Source: Phoronis australis
Lineage: Eukaryota; Animalia; Phoronida
DNA: 64,000 nt
Assembly: GCA_002633005.1 (NCBI GenBank)
Contig: NMRA01000392.1
Span: 62,001-126,000 of the forward strand
Direction of reading: 5' to 3'
The translations under genes were made by a program, and so were the position numbers. Numbering within the stretch: the stretch's first letter is position 1; each line of letters begins with the position of its first letter. Shown piece after piece: positions 52,504-64,000 of this stretch. The notes beneath the pieces were generated by a model. That model made no database searches. It was not told the DNA's origin and worked only from the letters and a program-made list of their open reading frames with translations.

Positions 52504-54349
52504 TAAATTAGTACTACTAAAAATGAAAACAGCAACTCTCGAGATTTTGTAATGAATTGAATTGTCTGATTAATTTCCCTTCCCCCAAATGGAACTGATT
52601 CACTCAAAGATGTTTTCTCAGAATCTGCAAAATTGGAACATGAGAAAAAACAACTTCACTTAGACATAAAGCCTTGATCAAACCACTACAATGATAAATG
52701 TTTGTCCCCCCCCCCGAGCAGAACAACGTAACCTAGTTTCGGCTCAAAATAAAACCTAAGTCGTGTTCTGGGTCACTAGGGACCAAATGCAAACGGAGAG
52801 CTACGTGTCTCCAATGCAAATGAGTTCAGCTCATAGCTCGTGTCAATGGCCAAATGAATCCAGAGGATTTTGCCTCCTAAGAGTTCAGACTAGCGAGGTG
52901 AATAAGCCAATGCTGGTATGATTTTCAAGGAAAGTTACATGTACCTTAAAATCCATGGTACAGAGTCAGAAAGCTATAAACTATTGTAAGGGTAAGCTGT
53001 ACTACCTTATCCAACTCATGCTCCTATTGAGATGATTATATAATAGGCAACCTCCAAAATTAATGACACAAGTGTGAGATATGCTTTTAAACGATTTTTC
53101 TCTATAAATTAAAAAAAACAGTCAAAAATGCCCCCCCTCCCACTGATTTCAGAGCAAAAAGTTGTGCCATGTTTAACAGGTAGGTTATATAATTAGACAA
53201 AGGGCAGCAGAATACACTCATACAATTACTGAGCTAGTTAAATATGGGCAAAATGCCTTCCCAGGTATCTTGCTCATTCTCTTTGTTTTAAGTGTTGCAA
53301 TTGGAGAATTACTGTACATCCAGCAGTACTAATAGCAGAATGGTCTCACTTAATGGATTTCTTTAATGTGCTGAACATGAATCCTCACCCACAGGTTGTG
53401 AGCTATTAGTGAGTTGTTTGTCTGTTACCTTTGCAACTTAATTAATACATCACCTCACAACAACAAATCTTTCTCCTTGACAAATAGTAACCCTGTGTAC
53501 TACATTTACATTGTTTACTGACTAACATATTTTTCCAGTCAGTGAACATTTAGCCTCAATGTGTCACTCACTCAGAGATGATGTAAATTTCAGTTGAGTC
53601 AGACAGTTGAAAATATGAAAACTAATCACAACTGTTACAAAAAGCCTGATGGTGTTCTTTGGCCTATTTTAGCTGTATATTCCTTGGAAACCAGACGACC
53701 AAAGAATACAGAAAAACATTGTTCAGAGAACAAAAAAGACTAGCCCATCACAGTGACTGGCCGGTTTCTATATCTTGATATTTAGGTGTCATAGCGACAG
53801 CCACCTCAGAAGACAAGTGGTTTGTGCTTTATGAGGTAGAGTATCTGAGAGATTGTCACACCTAAAACTTGTAATAAAGAAGCTGTGCTCAAATGGTGAC
53901 ACTTGGGAAAATCCAGTTGGAGTCTGCACTTATTTTTTCTGGTCTATTGATCCGTTCCACATGAGTTTCTCCAGACATCACTGTCAGTTCATTCCACCTT
54001 TCACTACTTTCACACTGCAAACTGTCTAAAAGGCCGGTATTTTCACCAGCACTTTTGTTAGCATTTTCGCTAGTAGAAAAAAATGCCTGTCACATGAACA
54101 TTTAAAAGTGCCACTTTCGATGGCTGTGGGTTTGAGTTACTCCACAACAGCTAGTGCTCTCAGCAGCATTTCCTACTTCAAAGGACATATGCAATGGGGT
54201 AGACCTTTGTTTATCCTCACATTAAAAATTTATGTCAGAGTGAACTGTTTTGACATCAACTGAGCATTCGTCACAACTCCCTCAAGATCAAAACTATGTT
54301 TTGTCTTCGTGGTTGCGACTGATACTAGTGGCCGAATTTCGGACATTAA

Positions 54350-55467
54350 AGACAGCGCCCAGCCGCTAAAACACCTTTAAGACACCAGAAATGTACGTAT
54401 TGTACATAAAAAATATTGTTTTTGCTTCTTACACACCACCGAAAGTAATTAATTGCAACGCAAAGTACATCGCTCATAATTCATAGCCCCTTCGAGCACC
54501 CCAGAAAATATCTCAACCAATCAGCGTAAAGTGGTTCATATGACATCATTGTGGCCACGAAATTAGTGGGAAGCCACACTGCATAACAGCTGAGTGCTAT
54601 TTCTTGGACGTTCTGTACTTATGGATCTCTGGGCTAAAATGCCTCTTTGCATGGTGTGCAGGTGTAGCAATGTCAGCGACAATGGGATACATTTGCACAA
54701 CTTCCCCACCGATCACGTCCTGTGCCGTGCGTGGAATAGATTCGTATCCACGACAAGGACTGGCGACAAACTTTCCTGATCGGCAAGATCTATTTTAGGC
54801 TTGGTGCAAAGCTGTATACAAAATCTACAGCTTCGAGTCGATTTGGGTAAAAATGACTAAATAAAATCTGACTCAGACATAGTTGCACCGCTCTTTGAGT
54901 AAACCAAATTATTTACTGGTGTTGGAAGAATTATCGTTCTACCACTCATCTACTGCTAAAATTGAAGAGCGCTCTTGTGTCGGCGTTTTGCGATTACGTC
55001 ACATGACCTGAAAAGTTTCTTTTCCCATGGTTTATTCTTCTATCAACTGTTCGTTGCTGCCACGAGGATGCGTTCTGTCACAACAAATTGTCGAAACTGG
55101 TTTCATTTCGTTTCAAGTTATTAGCATTTTTAAGACCAGCAAACAGAATTTAGAACAACCTACTGCTGCGAAGCTGTCATCATGTCCCAAAAGTCGCAAA
55201 ATTTTAGTATGGCGTGTGCGCGTATCACGAGCGTACCGTTTTCAAAACGACAATATACTTTCTTTGTTACACAACTCAAAAGGCACAGAGTAATGTTAGA
55301 AAATGACATTTATTAGATTGTTCTTCCCACAAATGACTGGCAACGGGCAAAGTGAGTGTCGAATTGTCTCCCAGATTTTGCATGCACCCCGGCCGTCGGT
55401 CGTTGGCTCTGCGATATAACTTTCATGACGAGGTGACTAACACAACTCATACCCAGCCTGTGATATT
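54350..55467 (+). mobile_element. THAP-bearing DNA transposon relic (Kolobok-like start TTAA|AG); continues after 56867
   Basis: MPLCMVCRCSNVSDNGIHLHNFPTDHVLCRAWNRFVSTTR at 54639-54779 is a truncated THAP N-half. I did not find a matching right TIR. Confidence 0.55.
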
Positions 55468-56862
55468 CACGGGTGAGAAACAACATGACCGCCTGTCCCT
55501 TTAACCAGGACCTCCGGGGATCAAATGGGACCGCCGCACCAGAAAATGGGACCGCCGGGGACTAAAAACGCAATGACTAACAGGCTAAGATTTATTACCG
55601 TTAGGTCTACACAGATCATACAATGGGGCTATATACATATGCATATGCAGGTCTTGTGCCGATTAATCCACCGAAATCTTTTGTGAGCAACAGAGGACAC
55701 TTCGCTTTGTAATACGCGGCGCTTTTGAGTTTTACTCATCACCAGGCTCCCGGCTGCGGTATGTGACTTATAAACAGTTGAAAGGTCAACATTTAATAAA
55801 TCCAACACAAAACAACCTCGTTGTACGCTTTTGAGCTAAATAATTACAATTTTATCCACTGCGTAAGTTTTAGAACAAAACGAAAATCATTTTCTCCAAT
55901 TTGACGTTTAAAGTTAGTTAAGTACAAAAACGGGCGTTCTGGTTCTCGGGTGAAGCATCATCATACTAGCTGCCTTTGTGCGGCAAAGCTGTATACTAAA
56001 TATACAGCTGTGCGCCGATGTGGGTAAAAAACTGAACATGTAAAATCTTCACCCGGCGAATTTGTGTCATTAACGGCACTCTTCCTTGAGTAAACTAAAT
56101 TATTTCATCGGTGCTCGAGAAAAATTGTCGTTCTGTCGTTATTCTGCGTTCTCTTAAGTCGGCTTACATTGGCCGGTTCCTTTTCCCCCGATTCTTCAGT
56201 CAACTGTTCTCCTACAAGGTTGCGTACCTGGCTCAACAAATTATCGAAACTGGTTTCATTTCGTTATAAGTTTTTAGTATTTTAAAACCAGCAAACCGAA
56301 TTTCATAACAAATCTTGTTGCCGCCAAGTTGTCATCATCTTCCGAAAGATGTCGCAAAATTTTTCTGAGGAAATGGCGCGTGCACATGTCACGAGCTCGA
56401 CAGACTTATTGTTACAACAGTTCATTAGATTGTTTTTCACTCAAGCAGTTGCAAACTGCAAGGTGAGTGTTGGTTGACGCCTAGATTTTGCTGGCGCCTG
56501 CGTCGGTCGTGCGCTCTACAACATGTTGATGTAAGTTTCACGACGAGTTGACGAGCAGAACTACCTGGGCTGTGGGAAATTTCGGGGATGTAACGGAGCT
56601 CAATAACGCAAAGCTGTCAAGCTTTATTTTGACGATAGTCTGTACACAGCTATCTGACCGGTTACGTCATAACCCGCAGTATCACACAAAGGCCTTAACT
56701 ACTCAGTCCTCGGCGATCCTGTTTTGTGGTGGGGCAGTCATGTTTTTAGGTGCGTCAGTCCTGTTTTATGGTGGGGCGGTCATGTTTTTAGGTGCGTCAG
56801 TCCTGTTTTGGGTGAGTCGGTCCGATTTGGAGGACCGGCGGTCATGTTGTTTCTCACCCGTG
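55468..56862. mobile_element. Non-autonomous DNA transposon with CAC termini and 5-bp TSD (Transib/Chapaev-like)
   Basis: Perfect 26-bp TIRs CACGGGTGAGAAACAACATGACCGCC / GGCGGTCATGTTGTTTCTCACCCGTG, ATATT at 55463-55467 and 56863-56867, and subterminal repeats including 2 x 42 bp at ~56719-56810. Confidence 0.85.
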
Positions 56863-59800
56863 ATATTTCGTGGTTTAACTATAGACTATAGTCCATAGTC
56901 TATGGTTTAACAGAGCTCAATTCACAGTGTTACCTTGCTGTATTTTGGCGATAGTCTTCAAACAGCTAGCTGACTGGCTACAAAAAAATCTGCAGTGTGC
57001 ACTTCCGACGTTTCGTGTCACTGTTCCCGCCCAGAGTATAGCCGGGGAATCCGGCCCAAATCTGGAATATTCTGTCTGATTGGGTCGTTCTTTCAATTGA
57101 TTACAGAAATTCTTATAATTGGGTATGTTTTCATACAATCCAGACTTCATTTTGTAGTTTCAATTTATTACAGACACTCACAATGTTGTGTTGCTATTAA
57201 AATTTCAATTTTTTTTAGGTTGACCAAGTCAAAATAGCGGCGATGCTACGGGTTGCAGCATTTCAAGGCGACTTATTTTGAAAACTGAGTTTCTAATATA
57301 AAGTTTTCAATGAATTTGATTATAATTGCTTAGTACGAAAAGATCAAGCTGACAAAGTAAACTGCCAGTTGTCGCCTATACCAATACGGGACACACACAC
57401 ACTTGACAGCTGCCCGTATTGGAATCGCGCATCGTTCACACCTTCGGCTTCAAAAAGACATGAATGCAAAGTTCCTTAACATCAAAGTTTTTGTATCAAA
57501 CAAATTACTCTTCATAAAAAACATTGTGAAATTGCTCATAGCAATTCAGATGAAGCCGTTTTGTTTTCCGGCTGCTTCGACGGCCCCAGTCACACTCCCG
57601 GGATTCCCATACGGGCCAGTATTTGAATATGTGCTAAATAATTGAATGAAAAATTCTAAAGGTAATGATTTTGATCAATTTTAATATTAACTGACATGAA
57701 ATGAAAAAATTAATGTGTTTCCTTGATTTCCCATGCACTCTGCACTAAATTAAATGGCCACTCAACGATGATTCCAATACTGTGGAGACACGGTGAATGC
57801 CAAATTTGTGGTAACGATGATGTCATAGACTTTGATTGGCACGAGCGCCGCCTCAAGTTTTTTTTTGGCGCTACATGGGGTTCGTGATGGGGCTACTGTA
57901 TTGTCGAAGGCCTACTTAATTAATGACAGGGGTATGCTACGACACAATATTTTGATGTTTTTCATCAATAAATGTATTTTAGATGTAAAAATAGTCATTT
58001 TGGCACCATACTTGGCCTTTAAAAAGCTAAAATAAATTAATAAACTTAACCTAATGGACTTTATTCCTGTTCTTAAATTGTTGAACCACTATGCAGTAGT
58101 GAATTTCGGTCTATCGAATCTGAATCGGGATCAATCGGAAGTGACACTTTCTTGCTCTCAACATTACTAGGTTAAAAAGAGAGTGCCAATATGAAAGCTA
58201 TGGATTGACACTTAGATTTTGAAACTGCAGCAATTCCAGATTGTGATAGCACACAAAACTAGGGGAATGCTCATAACTTAAAGACAAGGTTGATATTTGG
58301 AATAGGAAAGTGCTCTGACAAGTGGACTTGACACTGAAAGCAAATTATCTTCTTCACTGCTGAAAACAACAAATTGCTATGCAATGGCAAGTGAGTGAAT
58401 AACTCCTTATTTTGCTAAAAAACCCATTCTATACAGAGAATGCAGCTGACAACAAAGTACAAGTAAAAACCTTTACATACCAGGTCCACACATGACAAAG
58501 TGGCACACTGGCAAACAATCACAATCCACACACTATCTATGCCCAAGGTATGGCTAAAAGTAGGTTAACCTCAAGCAGCCAGACAGCAGCCTATCTCATT
58601 CACATAAAACTTGACCTGTTTACAACATAAGACTCAAACTGGCAAAGTTTTTTTTTGGTGAATTAGACACGGAAAATTTTTCATATTTTCGCTCATAAAA
58701 CAGGAGGTTTTAAGCAGATAATGAACTAATGCTGTATGCATGCTGGTAAACAAGACCAGGTGGTCTTATAAATAAGTATTTTAGTAAAATGCAAAAAATT
58801 GCTTAGCACATAAATTGAGTCATGTCAAAACGTTTAGGACCACAGGATTCAACATAGTTTGCCACAAAGCAGTTAATGGTTCAGAACATTGATTAATTAG
58901 GGAAACATTTGATTATTTTATATTTCAAATAACAGATTACGTACTTTGTAAATTGTGGATTTTGTCTTGAGCTTTTGTTACTTAAATGGATATTGTTTAA
59001 CTATCAACAGATGTAAACATCATAGCACATATTAATGAAGCACAACAATGAATGCTTTGTAAACTTCTGACCCAAGTCCAACAACTCCTTATAAAATCTC
59101 CTAAATAGGCCAGTATGACTACTTAAATAACACTTAAGGCAAGTGAAAGGGGAATTAATGCCATGTACCTCAGACGATAATGACACACTCCATGACAGAA
59201 TTAGAGCAATTTTAACTATAAACTGTTCACTGTCTTCCTAACAGTCAAGTACTAATTATGCAATAACAGCTGATGACATTCAATTTGGACAAAACCACCA
59301 AAACAGGGTTTTGGTAAAATGAAATCATTTATTATCACACTGTGACATAAAACTTCTCAATGAGGTTATACAAAACACGATAATAGGGTAAACACAAATA
59401 TATATTTTTTTGGACAATTAGTACTAAAATGGCACATTTGAATTGATTAAAGAAACTTTTTGTTAGATTCAGCTAATTCATGCGATAGAGTAAGTTTTCC
59501 ATAGTTTAGATCGTGACGATGTTGATCAGGTGAAAATTTCATGTTTTCTCACACCCCCAACAACATAACATTATCGCCATCCGGAGAAATGCCAGGCGCA
59601 ATTGTGATTTTAAAATTGGCATCAGAACAACACATTAAAGAAAAACTCTTAAATTCGAGGTACTCAAAATCATGAAAAACGTTAACTCACACTGTTTGAA
59701 AACCCAAAAACATAGTTAAAATTGTTAAAGCATATAATTAACATCCTGCGACGAAAGTATTCTGGTTTCAAAACGATTTCACGATTAACTTAATAGAGGT

Positions 59801-61677
59801 GACTTTTCGGTAATCCTTCTCAATTTCTTTCTACTTTGCCTCTGCTATTGAACAGTTGTGACAGAAAAACTGAGATCTGGTGATCCCAAATTTTTGTGCT
59901 TGTCAAAGAACGAATACACTTTTTGATCAACAATGAATAAAACAGTGCGATGAACCACCATAACAGAATTGTTGTGCCAACATCCTATAAAACTTCTAAA
60001 TTATTGAAGAATGATGATTTGAGAAGAGTGAAATTCACTCTAGGCAACTATTAGTTGGCAAAGCAAGGCAACTGGATACAGCTAGTGGGAGCACACTCCA
60101 CCGATTCAGCTATTTTAAATTGAAGCAGGATTAGGATCCATGCACTATCAAATGGAATTTTAAATGATTATTTGAATTCTTTTAAAGGCAAATAAATATC
60201 ATTAACAAATTTGTAACTGCAAGTTCAGTAAACTTGAAATTTACAGTGCCATTGAAATATATCGTGTGCAAAAGTCATTACTTTAATGAACTGCATGAAC
60301 AATGGCACTTACCATTGGTGTTTTTACAGATATCACACATATCACAAAATTCCTCTGTGCCCAGGAGACACAAGGTGTTCTCCAAGCTTTTGAAGCAGGT
60401 ATCCAAGACAGCCATACAATACACAAGTCAATCCATCTCATAACAAACTGGCTGGCAGAATAGCGGCTATAAGCATCACTCTGTGACCACTATCCAAGCA
60501 CCAGCTGGTGAGCTGCAGTTTTTTGAAATTTTCAAATTAGCAAAGAATCGCTTATGTTTTCAGTCACAGCTTTCTCAGTATTTCCAGACAGGTAATGGGT
60601 TAAACATAGACTGATGTTAAGAGGATAAGACTAGTAATAAATCTCTCAAGGTGAGCAGGGTGCCTGCAGCACAACACTTCAGTGGGTAGCAACCAGCTCG
60701 CTGTATAGTGTGCACGCAGTTGTAAAGCTGGAGAGGAACAAGTTCTGCAGCAATGGTAGCAGCATTAACAACACCAGGCCAACAGATTCACTATCTTCTC
60801 TGCACCACTATAATACACACAACCTGACCACTTCAGCATCAACCATCACTGCACAGCTTTTCCAGCATGCCTCAGATGTCAAAGGTCATGATTTGAGTGA
60901 CCTTCATAAACAAAGACCCAGGCAAGAACGCAATGAAGCTAATGAAAAAAACGAACAACTTCACAATGGCCGAAAAACAGTTGAATGCTAGGGAATATCC
61001 TACAACCATTAAGTCCACTTCACAAACCAGCCAACCGCAGAGGATGTGATGGAACATTGAACTGTGCTGTGGTATTTAAGTGGATTGCCTACGTGATGTC
61101 TACTGTTGTGATTATGCCTGCAGTCACTGAATGACCAATCCCAGATTAAGGTTGTGTAGTAAACATCAAACAAGTCATTAACACTCACAGCCATTGGGGA
61201 TAGTGTGCAACAAGGATAATAAATAAACATCTGCATATTTATATAATACATCAGACATACAAAAAGGCTTGATAAATTGCAAAATGATACATCAAATCAA
61301 ACCCAACCTTTCACAGGTATGTAATACTACTAGCTGTAACAGAGTACGTAAATGTAGGAGTGGAAAAATACTAGGCCTATCACATATATCAACTGACCAC
61401 TTCACACCTGTGGTAGAGGATGCAACTACCATAGAACGGTAAAATCTTGCCAACTAAGGACACAATAAGGCAGACAAACCAAATTTGAGTTTTCTCTCTT
61501 CAATAAGAGGAGTACCATCAAATAATATTAGCTGATACAGGATATTGCAAGGGATGGAGTGTGTAACATTTCCTTTGCTTGCAGAAACCTCTAAGAACAG
61601 CATACCAGTATAGGGCATTTGCAGGTATCTCTTAAATCTGCTTTTAATGAAATAAATGCTGAGCTTTTAAAGTTCTA

Positions 61678-62510
61678 AACAAGAGCAACGCAGAGCGTTA
61701 AAATGCGCCCACAATTGCACAGTATATGGTATCCTTCTAGGGTTGTTTATTGGTACCATAAAGTAGTCAGTAGAGGGCATATAATATGTAGTAAGTTGTA
61801 CTTTGCAAAATGGAAAGGCATGGTCATAGTCTCCTCAATAAGTTGAGGACCTTTGAACATACAGAGGTAAACGAAAAAAAATAAAATTGCCACTAGGTGG
61901 CACACCAGTAGTCAGCTCCGTCGGATTGTCATCTTCATCTGTTGTCAACATCATATAAATACACTTACTAAATTTGGTAAAGATACAGCCATAGGCTCAA
62001 AAAAAAACTGCCACTAGGAGACGCCAGAGTAGTTGAAATCAGCGGAAAATCATCATCAGCCGTCCACTTCATAGTAACAACATACGTGCCAACTTTCACA
62101 ATCATCCCTTGCGCGGTTTGGTTGATAGAGGGGTGGACGCAAAAAAACAGACTCGAAAACAGTAAAAATAGTCACCAGGTGGCGCAAACTACGTCGAATC
62201 CATCCGAAAACGGGAGTATGGCTTCATCTCACTAATAGGTGCCTATATACCAAATTTTATGAAAATCCCTTCAGGACTTTTGAAGATACAGAGGTAAACG
62301 TAAAAAACTAAAATTGCCACTAGGGGGCACACCAGTAGTCGGATCTGCCCGAAAGTTCGCTCATGCTGTCCCATCCACAGAAAGAACACATGTGCAAAAT
62401 TTCATGACCATACGTCAAGGCATTTTGGAGATAGAGCAGCGGACAGACGGACGGACGGACGGACGGAGATGACGGCATAATGCGTCCACTATAAATATGT
62501 GGGCGCATAA
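61678..62510 (-). mobile_element. HINE/DINE-1-like element, copy 2 (shorter array)
   Basis: aacaagagcaacgcagagcgttaaaATGCGCCCAC ... (ggac)n ... atgcgtccactataaatatGTGGGCGCATaaaaa; same internal units as copy 1. Confidence 0.78.
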
Positions 62511-64000
62511 AAATTAAAAAACAAGTATCATCAGATGAATCAGTGCGGTCATTCAGAACATTGAAAGTTAAGAGTGAAAAACAAAAAAATCAATTCTGGA
62601 TTTAAGTAGATTGGCCAAATTTATACAAGTGTAATAGCTGCAATAGGGTATCAATCTTATCTAAACCTATTTACAAGGAATTTCTGAAAAAGGCAGATAT
62701 TTGGAAAACAACCTTTCAAAAATATCAAATGCAACCCACAATATGCCTGGGCATATCTTAGGAAATTGTTGTTATAGTGTGCTAATACAAGTAGTTACCA
62801 ACAAAGTCGCCGAATATATTGTTAAATGATAGTCAACTGAGTGAAATCTTGGTCCCAAAATATAACGCTTTGTTGCAATAAACAAAATTTATATCAACAC
62901 ATACTATATACAGATTTTAAAACAATCCGACAATTTTCAAAACATGCAAACAGTTGCCCAAAATGCACCCACGCAGTAGTGGTGTACCTTGATAATTTCC
63001 CGCCAATAATGCAGTGTCCTCCACATTTGACTTAAAAAACTCCATACAAATTTTCATCTGGAATTCTAGTACCAAAGGGCATGCAGCTCCCAGTGGGCAC
63101 ATCTATTGGTGTATTTTCAAATGGGCATATTAGACTGGTATTAGAGATTTGTTCTTTTTGGTCTTAAAATCTTTCAAATCATTCAGGTAACTTAAAATAT
63201 GGTTCTGTTGCTAATATCTAATTACTAATGGTTAGCTGTTTCTTCTGTGTTGTACTTAGTCAATTTTATTTGCCGTGGCTGGTGCATTTATTGCTGCAAA
63301 ATTATTATTCAACAAAAAATGCCTACAGTGACACCTGTTGTCCAATAGTCCTATTTCAGCCACTAGGTGTCAGCCAAGATCAAAGTAACCTTACACATAA
63401 TCACAAAATGTTCCTTTGATATAACATTATGGTTACAATGCACAAAAACAGAAGTTTCAGTGAAAATATCTAATTCTATCCATAAATTATGTTTAGCACT
63501 ATCTGACAACAGTACTGTCCATAACAATAACTGCTATCAGAAGTTAGTTATCTTTAGTTTTTCCATTACTCAGTGGTTTCCCTGCGTATAAAAATTTGGG
63601 TGACTGCAACTCTTTTTTATTTCGCTACTCGTAATCTTTTCCAAATTGACCATTACACATCTACCCTGATAAAAAAATTCAATGCTACGCAAAAATTGCT
63701 AGCAAAATGGATACGCTTACAAAATTAGATGTTTGTTGATCAAACGCGAAAAACAATAATTTAAAATCAGATTTTGAACTTTTCCCCTTGTTTAACATAA
63801 CCATTTTATCCCCTTCTTTAAACCCGAGTACTGAAGTCACAAGAGGCAAGCTTTCTTGAGCCACCTTGCCAGCTTCTATATTTTTGTTGGTAACACACAG
63901 CAGAATTTATGAGACTGAGAGTAAAAGGTCACAATTTTCTTCTTGTCAGCTAAACAGATCAAACAAAATGTAGCTTTAAAAATAAAATCAGTAGTAATAC

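Noticed and set aside
8518-60906. Enrichment of perfect TNAAGGTCA sites (8518, 50075, 60898)
   Set aside because: A rough composition-based expectation is 2-3 per 64 kb on both strands, so three sites is not enrichment.
60710-60991. 93-aa ORF as an upstream exon or separate gene
   Set aside because: It is on the opposite strand to ERR, has a non-ATG start, and has no motif or clear splice evidence.

Overview
This is animal genomic DNA: AT-rich, non-coding and dense in transposon relics. The repeat types suggest a marine invertebrate bilaterian, but that is inference. The only host exon I can support is on the minus strand (49947-50363). It encodes the N-terminal region and first zinc finger of an estrogen-related receptor (ERR/NR3B), with a CEACKA P-box, an IKSEP SUMO-type motif and canonical AG/GT ends. 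I found no further ERR exon, so 1-49946 is probably one very long intron. The rest is mobile-element material: a TTAA-flanked Kolobok-type element with THAP and accessory-gene remnants, two more THAP relics, and two inverted 2.3-kb Tc2/pogo-like elements. A HIRAN-like-bearing Tc2/pogo-like family occurs three times (one copy split by a degenerate piggyBac, one copy nested inside another). There are also five copies of a Harbinger-type MITE, two Helentron-type (HINE/DINE-1-like) elements carrying arrays of CTCF-like motifs, a CAC-ended element with a 5-bp TSD, an RNase H-bearing LINE tail, a tRNA-derived SINE, a probable Crypton relic and a likely haplotype-duplication artefact at the single N. 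I see no prokaryotic system or CRISPR array. All homology calls come from motif recognition by eye, not from database searches.
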